Source: Podarcis liolepis (taxonomy: Eukaryota). From it: 64,000 nt of DNA. Of this stretch, positions 11,601-25,510 are shown one piece after another (the stretch's first letter is position 1; each line of letters begins with the position of its first letter). The notes beneath the pieces are model-generated. The model worked only from the letters and a program-made list of their open reading frames with translations. It ran no database searches and was not told the DNA's origin. A program made the translations under genes and the position numbers. The stretch lies in assembly GCA_965112155.1 (NCBI GenBank), contig OZ218104.1, one strand, 5' to 3'.

Positions 11601-12903
11601 TACCTTTATTCACAGCTGCCCCACACTGGATGACATCTTCATCTAGCTATCCGGTGTGACCCCAAGCTTATTTATTTGTCATGCAGAGGATTGGCAAATA
11701 ATGGCCCAGGAGATTACATCATCATCCCTTCTGTGTATATGGTAGCACTTCATCCTGGCCTGTCACTGTTCCCCATCACTGCTCAGTATGTGCCTGTTCC
11801 ATGCAAAACTGAAATGAAAGAGTGACCGACCTTCACAACAGAGTGATAATTGGTGGCAGTGCTGTCTTCCTAGTTTTCCCATCCTAATTAAACATTTTTT
11901 TGTCTCACTCACTACAGATGTTAAAATTCATGAATGGGATAAAGTGGCTTCTAACTTGCGAAAACATATGTTATAATAACTGGCTTAGTTTTAACAGTGT
12001 CATTTTTATTGGAAAAGATGAGCACTACTTCCCTCTCTGGAATTTGCCACCACTATCTGGACAAACATCATCCACTACATTCCCTACCAATCATAGATTT
12101 CTGCAAGAGATGGCATCAGAACTTGTCAACCACCTTAGGGAGAAAAGAATTCACTTTGCATTTTCATGCAAGCCAAATTAATTTGCACTTTCTGAACCAA
12201 TAAACAATCTGAATTGTATTGCATGATGTAAAGTTTCAATAAAAAATTATGTATATCTGCACTTTTTGAATTTTGTGGTGCAATTCTCCAACCCCCCCAA
12301 AAAATCCAGTGTGAAAGGTGTTTGCAGAAATGCATATATTATTTATTTATCAATTATTAAATTAATATCCTGCCCTTCCTCCCAAGGTATCCTAGGGCAG
12401 AAATGAGTGAAAATAATGTACAAACCTACGTTATGTTAGGAGAAATTACTTGAATAAATTCATATATTAGGCTCAATTGCATGTGGAAAAACATATATAT
12501 CAAGAGAAATCCACACATAAATGTGGATATTTTGTGCAGATTTTAAAGAAAAAATGCAAATTGATGTGAAAATCTGGCAAACTGGACATAAGGTTGGAAA
12601 AATGAGAAAGTGAAGGAAAATAAAATTGACAGATTCACCCTTTCCCAATAGCAAGCCAAGGTGCATGTATAAGAATATAAGTATACTTCAGCATAGGGGG
12701 ACTTTTGCCCAAGTTCACATATCTGGAGATACATCCAGGATGATGCTTAAATTCAGACAGGAGTTTGGGTCCAAAGTTGTTTTGCTCTCCCATGTCTATA
12801 AAACTGTGGCAGCCATCTAAAGATGTACTACATTCCAAGAAAGTGTTCATATAAGCAGAGAGTGCAACCATACATGCTGGCCCCACCCCTGCTATCACAT
12901 CAT

Positions 12904-13245
12904 CAGGGGCGCCGACTTATAAAAAATATTGGGGGAGCCCGCGAAAGCTCATGAATAATAAATAAGCTCATGAATATGCAGATAAAGTGGCGCTGCCTCC
13001 TCGTGAGCGAATAGGGGAGAGCGTGCTGCGCCTATTAATCAGCTCCGAAGGAAATTGGGTGGAGCTTTTGCTCGGGAGGGAGGGCAGGAGGCATGCAGCC
13101 TGACCCTGTGCATTTTGGGCTGGGGGAGGGGCGGCGGTGGTGCTCTGCTGGAGGGGCGCCCGAGATTATTGGGGGGGCGGAGCCCCCTAAACGAATTTTT
13201 GAGGGGGCTCGGGCCCCCTCAGGCCCCATGGAGTCGGCGCCTATG
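12904..13245. mobile_element. hAT-type MITE
   Basis: TIR CAGGGGCGCCGACT / AGTCGGCGCCTATG; 8-bp TSD cacatcat/cacaccat. Confidence 0.82.
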
Positions 13246-13430
13246 CACACCATCTGCTAGCACTGTGAATGGGGATATCCCGTGCATGTTTAGTAGGCCT
13301 CACCTCTGCAGGCTTGCCATCAACACGAGGACAACATGAGAGCAGAGGATGTGAAACCAGGCATGGGGCCAGCACATGGATGCTCTGGGTGGAGCTACTC
13401 ACTATGCTGAGTAGTGTAGAAGCTCAATAA

Positions 13431-13625
13431 GTAAGGGCCATAGCTCCATGATATTGCACCTCCTCTGCATGTTGAAGAGCCCATGCTCAATCTCTGACAT
13501 CTTCAGGTAGGGTTGGGAGAGACCCCTGCCTGAAACCCTGGAGAGCCACTGCCAGTCAGTGTATACAGCGCTCAGCTAGATGGGCCAATGGTATTCTTCA
13601 GTATAATATAGATCCCAATGTCCAT
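13431..13625 (+). mobile_element. tRNA-derived SINE (Squam3-like)
   Basis: GGGCCATAGCTC (A-box-like) head, body CCCTGCCTGAAACCCTGGAGAGCCACTGCCAGTCAGTGTA...GAGCTAGATGG-type. Other copies at ~181-485(-), 7670-7842(-), 27403-27590(+), ~30230-30390(-). Confidence 0.7.
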
Positions 13626-14718
13626 ATGTCTTCTGAAGATGACTGTGCTCATTGTGTACACATAAGCACTGAATTTAGGGTTAGCACCAATGCATCCTTT
13701 CACAGGTGTCAGGGTCTGAGCACCCCGGCAGAACCCTCTTTAAAAAAAAAAAGTCATACTAGCTCATACCAGCTTTAGATAACCACCATATCTCTTCAAC
13801 CATGCCATGGAAGTTGAGTGGACACAGGTCTTGATATAGAAAAACATGGCTTCTACCATGAAATTCCAGTGCAACCAAAATAAGCCCCTCACCAATGAAC
13901 CCATTGTGGTTGGGGTCCTCTGAACAGCACTTTGCAGTCACTTTGCACTGGTTAAACCAAAGGCTGAATTTTTGCTGAGGTGCCAAAGCTATGTTAGGGC
14001 TATGCCAAGTTTGGGGTTTGCATAGTTGAATGGTGTTCTATTTGAGGGGGAGGGTTTCCACAGAAAAACTAGCATCTCAAGGAAATAGCAAGAAAAGACT
14101 TCATCTGAAAAGGACCCTAACTGTATGCTACTTCTGGCTTCCCTACATGAATCCTTCTCAAAGGACAATAAATTTAAGTGGTCTTAGAGTGGGGAGGAAA
14201 TGACCCAAGCGATTTGAAGCGAATTGGGCTGAATTAGACCCAAAGTCATTGCAGGGTTCGATTTGCTTCTTTTTGGGGTTAACATTTGGAAAATCCACCC
14301 AAATCTATTTTTTTGTGGTGTAGCTTTTGCCACTTGTGTTTCAAGGGAGACACTTGAGATTAAACTCCCTTGTTTGAACTGTTCTGGTATAGAACACTTG
14401 AAAACATGTCGAGTGAGGGGAGCTCTTCCTCACAATAAGGGGCCAGGGCCCATTTTGGCAGCTCCAGTCTCACATAGCTGTGAACCAAAAAACACTTAGC
14501 TGAGAAGATGTCCAATTGCCTTTTACAAGCAAGGTGTTTATTTGCAATGTGATTATGCAGCCCAATAAGCACATTTCACTTCTCTGCATTGTTTCCTGTC
14601 CATAAACATTAAATAACTTCCTTAGCTTAGAATGGTTTCTTTCCCTTCCTACCTTCTGTAGCAGGGAAGGGGGACATCAGCCCTCCCAAATCATTTATTT
14701 AATTCTATTTATGGGCCT

Positions 14719-14783
14719 AGTTTTGTGGAACTCAATTCCAGTTGAAATCAGATTGAGTTTTGTGGAACTCAATTCCAGTTGAA
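14719..14783. repeat. 28-bp perfect direct duplication with 9-bp spacer
   Basis: AGTTTTGTGGAACTCAATTCCAGTTGAA at 14719-14746 and 14756-14783. Confidence 0.9.
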
Positions 14784-16989
14784 CCCTCCCTGCTGAATGG
14801 TGCCTACTGAATACTTAAAAAAGAAAGAAAGAAAGAATTCCAGCAGGAATGTTAACCGAAATCTGATTTTATAACTCTAATGACTTTTATCTGCATTTGT
14901 ATTGAGTTAGTTGTTCACTGCTTGGAGACCATTGTTATTAAATGGCATATCAATTGTTGGAAGGAGTAAATGAATAAATAAATGTTAATCACTTCCTTTG
15001 AAACCTCTCGAAGTGATCTAACAATAAAAACTGTTAAAACAATTTCACATATAGAAACAATTAGGACAATGTCATGTATAAAACCATTTCAAATCCAATA
15101 CAGATGCAGACTTGGATATAAAAACCTCCACTGGCAAAATTGTTGTTGGTCTACTACTCCTATCATTCCTAACTGTCCACTGGGAGTGATGGGTATTGCT
15201 ATTTACTGTGGGTGGCCTTGACAAAATTGGAGAAGGCACATTATAACTTTCTAAATACAATAAGCAGAACTAGGTACAGATAAATCTGTCAGTTTCAGTT
15301 TATCTCCGTTTCTCATTTTCCAATAATAAAGTCAGTTCTCTACATTTTCACATAAAATTTCAATTTGTTTAAAAGAGGAAGGGACTCATAAAAAATTGGC
15401 AACTTTAAAGTGAGAATTTCTCTTAATAAATTTATTTTTGTATGCAATTTTTACTAATACACACATTTTTACTGGTCATTTCCCCTAATATGATGCATTT
15501 TGCACTAATATATGCATTTTTGTATATATTGGTTGGATAACCACATTGCAAAATTGAGAGAAGGTTGGCTGTGTTTCTTTCCTGAGAAGCGTGAATTAGA
15601 TCATTTCTCATTAAAGTGTGAACAAGATCCAGTTTCTCCCCAAACCCCACTCTTGATAAAATGTATCCATTTCCAAAATAAATGCCTGAGCAACCTCCCT
15701 AGTTAAAAAAAAACAAAAAAAACAGTCGCTGTGGCAATATCATCTGGTCGATGGAAACTTTTGCATGGGCAACTTTCCTCATATGGGTTTAGAAAGCTTG
15801 TCTTGTGTTTTCTAGGTCCAGGCAGTTTTGCCTTTGCCCCACTGCTTTCCCCTGAAAAACCCACTTTTCAGTGCTAAATCAGAGTAAACATCAGCCTGGA
15901 GAAAACATGACTGACATTTGCTCCGATTCAGTGGTAAATAGCAGGTTTTTGTGGGAGAAAGTGGTGGGGCAAGTGGAAGTAGGAAGGTGTATCCTGGAAT
16001 TGGGCCTGGCTGGCTGCAACTTTGAACTGGAGTTCTGCATGTTTTGTTGCAGGCTCCACTTCTCTTGCTTAATGCCCATCCTCACTGAATTTGTCTAATC
16101 CCATATAAATTATGAACCATAACCATAACCATAACAGGGTAGGAAAGAATTCCTTAGATCAGGGACATAGAACCTGTGACCCTAAAGTTGTTGATGGACC
16201 CCAATTCCCATCTGCCCAATGGCTGCAAGGATAAAAATTGTAGTCCAATGTCTGTTGGTCATCTATTTTCACCTTGCATGGGCAAGTACTGTATTAAGTA
16301 TTAAGATACTCCAGAAAAAGGTTGCACCCCTTTTCTCTCTCTCTTTCTCCTGAGAAACCAATGTCACAGCACTAAACAGTTGATAAAGAGTTCCTCTTGC
16401 CTTCCAGTCTTTTCCCACATGCAGAATTCATATTAACATCAGCAGGACTGACAGGCATGCAGAACAAATAAGCTTATTTGCTTTGGCTTCTTTTGTTTGA
16501 GCAAATTCTTCACTGTGCAACACATTGGCAACCACTAAGTATATCTAAGCAAATAACTTGGGAGTGCTCAGTTATGTGACAACTCTGGCCTCATTTTCCA
16601 ATGCCAATTCATGCGGGTGAAAGCGGTAGTTCTAGTCTCCTCATTTTTATCAATCAGAGATGCTCCCATCAATTCCTACCATGAAACTTCTGTGTTCTTT
16701 GCTTGCCATTTGGGATAGTGAATATGTTGAATATTAGAAGATAAGATACTATAGATTAATGGGACATATAGAGTGGTATGCAATGCTAGACATACTCAGA
16801 GTAGACTCACTGAAGGTAATGAACCAAATTCTGTACTGGCTTAAGCTTCCTGATCATCTTCAATGGTAGTCCCACATAGAATTCACTGCAATAGTCTGGG
16901 TTGGGAGGTCTCCAGGACATGTATAACTAAGTCTAAAAAATTCGGTCCAATAACAGCCATATTTGGTGAACCAGCCTAAGCTAAACATA

Positions 16990-17420
16990 AGCACCCCTAG
17001 CCACAGAAGCCACTTGGGACTCTAGTGACAGACTGAAAGTTAAGAGTTCTTCCAGACTGCAAAAATCTTCCTTCAAGGAAAATAAAACCATTCCAGTAAC
17101 AGGTTGTCCACCTAAATCCTGGACACAGGGACTGGTCACCCACAGTACTTTTTTTAAAATCTGGATTCAGCATCACTTTACTGACCCCCATCCAGCCTAT
17201 CATTGCTTCCAGGCACCACCCACACAGATTCTCTTGATTCAGATAGAATAGAAAGATAGAACTCTGTGCCATTAGCCTACTGAAGTCACCATGGTCCATA
17301 TCCCTTTGTGTCAGCTTCCAATGGTTTCATATGGATGTTGAATAGCATAGGAGACAGAATGGACCATTCTGCATCCCCACAGGTCAAAAGCCATGACGAT
17401 GAGCAACAGTTCATGAAAAA
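16990..17420 (-). mobile_element. Degenerate L2/CR1-superfamily RT fragment
   Basis: Minus strand at ~17320-17365 translates SILSPMLFNIHMKPL (GVPQGSILSPxLFNIYM motif region); multiple deletions. Confidence 0.6.
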
Positions 17421-20400
17421 TCAGCTCTCACACAGCCAAGATAACATTTAAAGCATCCCACAATGAAGGCTGATTTTTCTTATGGCTAACTGAATTATTT
17501 CTGGACACAGTCTACCACGCCATACTGATAACTACATTTCAGCTGACATGGAAACAGACTAGGTAACAACAAACATCTATGGCTTGAAATGGTATGGTTC
17601 CTCCATTAATTTATGTGCCTTGTGAGCCAGGAACACTCCTAAAATAAAATTCCAATCATCTCCCCAGTCTCTGTATTAAATTCTACATTCTGCAGAAGCC
17701 TCAAAACATCGTTTTAGGAGTAGAGTTATTTCCTCCAAAGAGCTCTAAAACTTACAATTTCTGTGACTGAGACCTACAAATCTTGGCAAGCTCTGAGCAA
17801 TAAAAAGCAATCTCAGTGGAATTAGTTGTCAGCATATTCATATTATTATTGTTGTTGTTATTGTTATCCTGATAATTTCATTTTGCACAGCTTCATAATC
17901 TGGTTAAGATGGAACAAAGGCCTTGAACTCACATTCCATCTTGAACCCCAGACTCTCAGTAAAATCAAGAGAGATCAGTGTTTACATTTCCGCAGAGTTT
18001 TCAAACTGCTCCAGTCCCGAATAGATGCTTTGATTACAAATATTAAATAGCAATTTTCTGCTTTCATGAATTGCTCTGTACCGCACAGCATGGTCATCCT
18101 AATTTGATTAGTTCTACACATTTATTTATGTTTGCTAGGATATCCTCTCTCCTGGCACTGCAAATGAAGTTCCAGCTATCCTGCTGACATCCTTGTATTG
18201 TATTTTCCATGCTTTGCTGCCTGATCCAGATTCCAGGGAAGAATGAAGGTTGCACCTCCATACTGAGTGCTTAAGGGCTAACACACAGCACCTTCTCTGA
18301 GATTTTGTTCTTGTTCACTGATCGCTAATGGCTAATGCTTGGGATTTGAATAGAGATTAAATGACTAGCTTTTCCAATGTCACCACCAGCAATTTTTTAA
18401 AAAGAAAAAGACACACACACACATGAACACACACACTAGAAAGGGGAATTCCAAGCCAGGAAAGCAAAAGAGACATCCTAGAAAGTGGGCAAATTCCTTT
18501 GGACAGCTTCCAAATATCACGAGTTTCTGTCTTAATGCACTGAACACTTGGATGGCTGCAAAATGAACAAGGGGAAAGCTGTGATTCAGGACATGGATCT
18601 CTTTCTCTCTCTCTTCACCCCCCTCCCCAAAGGAAAATTAAATAAAATATCCATCAGTAAGCAGAGTTAATGTAGAGCAGGAAAAGGGGTGTCATTGTGG
18701 GTGGCCCAAATTAGAATTTTCAAGTGTTCTGTTTTAGAGGAGTTTCCTGGAAGCTTGCCCAGCGTAATTAAAGAACAGGTAACTCTGAATTCACAGAACT
18801 CTAATAAAAACATTTTTTTTTTCACTTTACAGTGTGGTAAGCATGCCAAAATGTCCCCCTTTCTTTTGGAACAATGGGATGGAATGGCATAGATGAATTG
18901 CACCTTTTGACAGATGTAAGGGTGTCATTTCCAAATCTATGCTATACAAGTTTCAGCGTTCTGGGAGTAAAAACGAAACAAAACATAATTTCAAATATAT
19001 TCTTAATATCATAAAAAAATAGAATTAAACCTTTACACAGTAATCAGCAATAGCAGGATCAGAAATACATAAAGAAGCATTTTATTCAAACATCTGGACT
19101 GATCTGAAATAACTGAAGTTGCAAACTTAATGCAAATCAATACAAATCCTAATCTGTTTAACTGGGAATAAACTGCATTGTATTCAATTGCACTGGGAAG
19201 ACATGGTTCAGGTTGTTCTGTACAATAGGTATCATTGAAAGGAAGTCAAACACCTGTAGTTAGTGTCCCACAAATCTGTGTAAATATTTCATTATCTTTT
19301 AAATTCTATTTCTTTGTTTAAATTGCCCACAATGTGCTTGTTGGTGAGGCTAGGATTGTGCATTATTTCCTTGTGCCACTGAAAAAGATTGTTGGAGCGA
19401 AAATGTGCCTGGTCCTGGTGTTTATATAATCTTTAATAAATTTGTTGTTATTTGTGAATTAAAATATTTGGTATCCCAGGGACCAAATGGTACATTGGAT
19501 TTCCATTCCCAACAACACTGGAGATGGAGATCTGCTTTCGGGTCCCTCCTCCCTTCTGTTTCTCTCTTCTATTCTGCAGTCCCCCTTTCCCCATTTTCAC
19601 CTTCACCCCCATGTCCATGCCCCCTCTCCCTCCTTTTCTGCAACCCCACAAGCCATTCCCATGGTAATCTCCCACATCTTTCTTCTCCCACACATTGCTA
19701 AGTACCATTTTCACCTTCTGTCCAACTAGGGAGAGACTCCCTCCTCCTCTTCGGACCCTTTCACGACCCTGCTTTCATCTTCAATCCCATTCCCATGCTT
19801 CCTGTTCCCTCCTTTTTGCAATCCCCTTTGCTCCCCAATTTTCACTTTCACTCCTTTTTTCTCCACCCTCCTCTTTACTTTTCTCAACTCTCCCTTGCAC
19901 CTAGATCGCCCCATGCCCATGCCGCCACCTCTCTCCAATTCTGCAGCTCCCTTTGCGCACAACTCTGTTAATGTATCTTTAAGAAGAATAGACTATTAAG
20001 AGAAAGACTGTCAGTTAGCTTGTTCTATTTGAGAATGTTAAGTTCATTTGATGGATCTTATACATATATGGGTGTTTGCTTGTTAATGAAGTATTTCATC
20101 TAAATTGTTGCATTGAGTTTGGAATAAGTAATGGATGGGAATAGTCTTATTATGAACTGGACTGGCATTCACTGACAGCCTCACCAAACCAGAGTGGATA
20201 AGCCATTGGTAACTTCTGGGTGACTGAAACAGGGTACCAGGAACAAGCATCTAGAATGATGATCAGACACTCCACTCCAATTATAAGTTCTTCTGCCCAC
20301 CACCAATGAAATTGGGGCAGCATCTTTGCAACTCCCCTCACACTATGAGGTGGAAAATAGTAATATCACTACAGCTCTCCTCCCCCATATTTCACTCAAT

Positions 20401-23400
20401 GGGAACCCACCAAATGAAACTTCCCTTCCCACAGGCTCTCACCTTAGGTAAGGATCACATGCCTGTCTCCTACAGTGCCTGGTCTCCCCTTGCGTGTCCC
20501 TGAAGTGAGGAGCCAAAGAGGAGAATTTCTTCAGGGACCACCCCACTGAGGTTGACCCTGCTTCGCACAGCAGAGGCATTTATATTAAAGCAGGTTCTGG
20601 GCTACATCCCATCTTGTATCCAGAAGCAGTTTGCCTCAAGCTGCGGTCCAGGGGATAACTAATGGATGGCAATTGCTGCCTTTGTGCTTGACTTGCAGGC
20701 TACCCAGAGTTTCACTGATCACGGTGGGCCCCTGATCCCATCCAACAAGGATCTTCCTATGAGAACTCAGTGTGTGTTTAGTTCTTCAAATGTTTATTCA
20801 AACATTTAGCTCTTTATCATTATTTATATTTTAACTTTGGGTCACTAGAAGTCATAAAATAGTTCCGTGTGTGGAGAGGCAACATCTTTATTCAATAGTG
20901 TTTCTTTCCAAAATGCTTCAGACTTTTCTGAACTTTTGCTCTGTAGAATTATTTAACATTTCAGCTGCCCTTTCCAATTAAGAATTAAATTTGATCTACC
21001 CATTTCTCAGCCAGTACCAGCAGCAGCTTCCTCGTTTGTCTAACACAGGAGATACTGGAGATAGAAAGCAGATACTGCCAAGAACCAGGAGTGGGATTTA
21101 ATGTGTGTCTTAACCATCAACCAACAGCAATTCTGCAGATATTTGTCTTTTAAGCATCAACCAAACCCAGCTTCATCCCAGCAGACAAAAAGTTATTTTT
21201 GAGCATTCCATTCCAGCTAAGCAGTCTGTCTCCTGATCTTCAGGGAGGGGGGGAATCACCCTTGAGATATATTTTAGTTATCACATTTGCATCATGCTCA
21301 TTGTAAGAAGCTCATGGTGGCATTTATAGGGTTATTCCCATTGTATCCTGTGGACCACTAATCTAGGACTGGGAAACCTGTGGACCTCCAGATGCTGCCA
21401 GACTACAGCTCCCACCAGTCCCAACCAGTGGTCAAGGATAATGGTAGCTGCTCTGCAATAACATCTGGAAGGACATAGTTTTCAGATCTGGTTTCAATAA
21501 CACTCAACAGTAGGACTGTGCATCAGCTTCTGATGATTGAACCAGTTTGGGCCAACCCAGAATTCGGCTGAAGCATGTAGAGACAGCCCCAGGTTAGACT
21601 GGGTCCATCTGGAGTGATCTGGGGCTCTCAAAGTAGGGGGCATGGTCAGTTGGCAAGTAGAGGAGGGTCTTCTTCTCCCCCTTTCCCAACAACATATTTA
21701 TTTAGGGTATAAACCCTAAGAGGAATAAACACATGTAGGCTGCTTGTGTGCATCTAATTGTCCTCTAATTAAAAAAAAAAAACCCTAATTGAAGACTGTG
21801 CAAGGCCCTTGATTCACTTTGGAGTCCAGATCTGGGCTGGCTTGGACCTGGATCATACCAGGTTAGATCAAGGCTGTTTCAAAATGCCAGATTGGCCCCC
21901 AAATGAGACACCATGTCTACCACGCTATGGTCTCTCGCATGCTAGTTATAGAATTAAAGAAGCACAGAATCGGGAAGGTAATCAAGCCCAACCCTGTGTT
22001 GATGCAGAAAATCCACTTCTACAACATCTCTGATAGTAGCCAGCTCATCTAGCCTCTCGCGGGAAACTTCTGATGAAGGAGAGTCCTCCACCTTCTGAGG
22101 CAGTCTCTTCCATTGCCAAACACGTCTTACTGTCAGGAAGTTCTTCCTAATATTTGGCCTGTGTCATTTTTCTTGTAATGTGAACCCAAGGGTTGTTTTC
22201 TTTCTTTTCTTAGAAACATCAGCATACTATAGAGAAGGGGAGAGCTGACCCTTCACTGTACACTATTTTCCTGGTCAAAATCAGCACTTCTGAAACACTG
22301 CATCACTGGGAGCAAACAGCAGGTTCACAAGGTGATTTCAGTGAGGAAATAGGGCAGATGGAAGACCCAGCTTCCCCACTTGCTGCCACTCCATTCAGGA
22401 TCCCTTAAGGCAACGATGGGGAACCTTTGACCCTCCCAGTGTTGCTGAACTTAGCTCTGTGTTGGTGCCCACCTTGGTACCCACTGTCCCTGCTCCTGAC
22501 CTCCACAAATCTATTTAGTATAATTAATAATTATGACAGTAATGAAAATATTATTAATAAAATAACAATTATGATGATCAATTTGTACACTGATTTTCAA
22601 TAAAAATTATCCCTAAGATGGTTTGCAAGCCACATACCACTCAGTGACAGGCAGCAGTTCTGCCAAGTTTCAAATAGGGGACACTCCCAACTCTAGAGAC
22701 ACCAGGAATTGAATCTGGGACTTACTTGCAAAGCTGGCCCTCCACCAATAATCCCTTCCCCTGGAGATACTGAGGACTGAACTGAGCACAGATCAGAGTA
22801 GGAAGGTCAGAGACAGGGCCACTTTTTGTCTTCCCTTCCATAGAAGCTGTGCTCACCAGAACATTATGCCCTCCAATGGCATGCTTTGTTATGATGATTG
22901 TTGAGTATTTTGAACTTGGCATGAGTGCCTACCTTCTTTGGCCATGGTTTTCAAAATCCATGTCCCAGTCAAAGAAGAAAATTGGCTTGTTCCCCTTGCA
23001 AAATGTCATTGTTTGCAGATTTGTTTATTTTTCAAAACCCTGGACTATGTCCTGTTTACTGGTTTCTCAAAGCCATCACTCAAAGATTCCCTTCCCTTTC
23101 ATTATTGGCCACTTTATTCAGGGCTGTTTATTCAGGGCTATTCTAAGTGGGTTCTGGACAAGCTGATGGGAATTGTAGTCCAAAGCATCTGCAGAGCACC
23201 AGGCTGAGGAAAGCTGAACTATCTGTTACAAGGAAGTTGGGGAGAAACACAGCAGAGCAGCATCTCTGTTTTTCTCACAGCAGCTAGTTCTGCCTCCAGT
23301 AATTTTATCCTTTCCTTAGGGTGGGGGGGGGGAGAGAGAAACAAAAAACAAATTGCTCAGTAATATACATTGACTGTAGATTAATCTTGCTTTCTACGCA

Positions 23401-24173
23401 AGAGCCAATTCTTGACAGATCTTGTTTCGCAACAGGCAGTATCTGTTTTTAGTTTGCAATTCCTAATTTCTCACACATCTTATTTATTTATTTATTTAAG
23501 CAAAATTCCTAATTTGCAAACAAAACTGACAACTGACTGTCTGGTATCAAATCCCAGAGAGAAATGCTCTGGCATGCCGAGGAGGTTTACGTTATTTTCT
23601 AAACCATTGTTTCCAGTGGTTGCTGTGACAGCACTTATTTAATTTCTTATTGTGTCTGCATTCAGTGGAATGCGTTTGGTTTTGCCTACCTCAGCAACTG
23701 TGCGATCTGAAATTTCACAAGGGTGGAATGAACAGGAAATGAAATTACACTGTTATTCTGATAATGGCTTGTTCCTATAGCACTGGAATCAACAGCAATT
23801 CTCCAGCTGTATTCAATGGCAGCAGAACCAAGTTTTTAAAAACGGTTTCAAAATAGATTTTTAATGTGATATACGATATTTTATGGAAGTGCGTGTATAT
23901 ACTTTGGCTGGGGAAATGGATCCAGCCGGTGGGCCAGATCCTTTTCTTCTCCCTCCTACCCCACCCTGCCCTGCTCCATGGGCCAAGTTTGACAGGTGAG
24001 AGAAGCTGTCCACCTGTCAATCACCTGACATCACAGTGATGTCAGGTGACTCGTTTTTGCCTATGCTCAATCAAATCATGCAGGCAAAGCCATAGTCCAC
24101 AAAATGCCAGTAATCAGATGGTTGTTGGGTGTTGCAAAGCCTTGTGCATAGTGGGACCTAACACTGCAACTCT

Positions 24174-24959
24174 GTTGTTGTTGTTGTTTAGTCGTTTAGT
24201 CATGTCTGACTCTTCGTGACCCCATGGACCAGAGCATGCCAGGCACTTCTGTCTTCCACTGCCTCCCGCAGTTTGGTCAAACTCATGCTGGTAGCTTCGA
24301 GAACACTGTCCAACCATTTCGTCCTCTGCCGCCCCCTTCTCCTTGTGCCCTCCATCTTTCCCAACATCAGAGTCTTTTCCAGGGAGTCTTCTCTTCTCAT
24401 GAGGTGGCCAAAGTATTGGAGTCTCAGCTTCAGGATCTGTCCTTCCAGTGAGCACTCAGGGCTGATTTCCTTCAGAATGGAGAGGTTTGATCTTCTTGCA
24501 GTCCATGGGACTCTCAAGAGTCTCCTCCAGCACTATAATTCAAAAGCATCAATTCTTCGGCGATCAGCCTTCTTTATGGTCCAGCTCTCACTTCCATACA
24601 TCACTACTGGGGAAACCATGGCTTTAACTATACGGACCTTTGTTAGCAAGGTGATGTCTCTGCTTTTTAAGATGCTGTCTAGGTTTGTCATTGCTTTTCT
24701 CCCAAGAAGCAGGCATCTTTTAATTTCGTGGCTGCTGTCACCATCTGCAGTGATCATGGAGCCCAAGAAAGTAAAATCTCTCACTGCCTCCATTTCTTCC
24801 CCTTCTATTTGCCAGGAGGTGATGGGACCAGTGGCCATGATCTTCGTTTTTTTGATGTTGAGCTTCAAACCATATTTTGTGCTCTCCTCTTTCACCCTCA
24901 TTACTGGAGAACCGGCAAGCCACTCCAGTATCCCTGCCAAGAAAACTCCATGGACAAAG
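24174..24959 (-). mobile_element. BovB (RTE-clade LINE) 5'-truncated insertion with a short inverted terminal piece
   Basis: Translations GLKLNIKKTKIM...VVMYGSESWTIKKADRRRIDAFEL and RVPWTARRSNLSILKEISPECSLEGQILKLRLQYFGHLMRR are the BovB RT C-terminus; (CAA)n tail; TSD acactgcaactct/acactgcaaccct at 24161-24173 and 24960-24972. Confidence 0.93.
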
Positions 24960-25064
24960 ACACTGCAACCCTACGCATGCCTATTTAGAAGCAAGACTTG
25001 ACAATTTCAGTTGGTCTCACTCCTGGCTCAGTGGGTCGAGGAGTGCAACATAATTGAGGCCCCA

Positions 25065-25350
25065 CCTGCACCAAACATTTAAAGCAGTATAATACCATTT
25101 TAAACAGCCATGGCTTTCCCCCAAAGAATCCTGGGAATTGTAGCTGCTAAAGGTGCTGACAGTTATTAGGAGATTCCTATCCTGCTCATGCAGCTATGGT
25201 TCTCAGAGAAGTTTGACAATCAATCCCTCTTCCCTGGGAAATCTGAGAATAGTAACTCTAGTGAGGGTAATATGAGGCTCCTAACAACTCTCAGCACCCT
25301 TAACAAATGACAGTTCCCATGATTCTTTAGGGAAAAGCAATTGCTCTTTA
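25065..25350. mobile_element. Palindromic non-autonomous DNA element
   Basis: Arms CCCCAAAGAATCCTGGGAATTGTAG...AAGGTGCTGA and TCAGCACCCTT...CAGTTCCCATGATTCTTTAGGG are mutual reverse complements. Confidence 0.6.
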
Positions 25351-25421
25351 AATTACCTTGGGGAAAGCTATTGTTCTTCAAGCTGGCCGCAAAAAACCAT
25401 ACTGCAGCCTGTGATGAGGAC

Positions 25422-25510
25422 CATAGCTGTCAACTTTTCCCTTCTTAAAAGGAAATTCCCTTATTCCGAATAGGATTCCTCGCAAGAAGAGGGAAAAGTT
25501 GACAGCTATG
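25422..25510. mobile_element. 89-bp hAT-type mini-MITE
   Basis: 21-bp perfect TIR CATAGCTGTCAACTTTTCCCT; 8-bp TSD atgaggac/atgaagac. Confidence 0.88.

Noticed and set aside
24216-25001. 261-aa plus-strand ORF
   Set aside because: Antisense shadow of the BovB RT coding strand.
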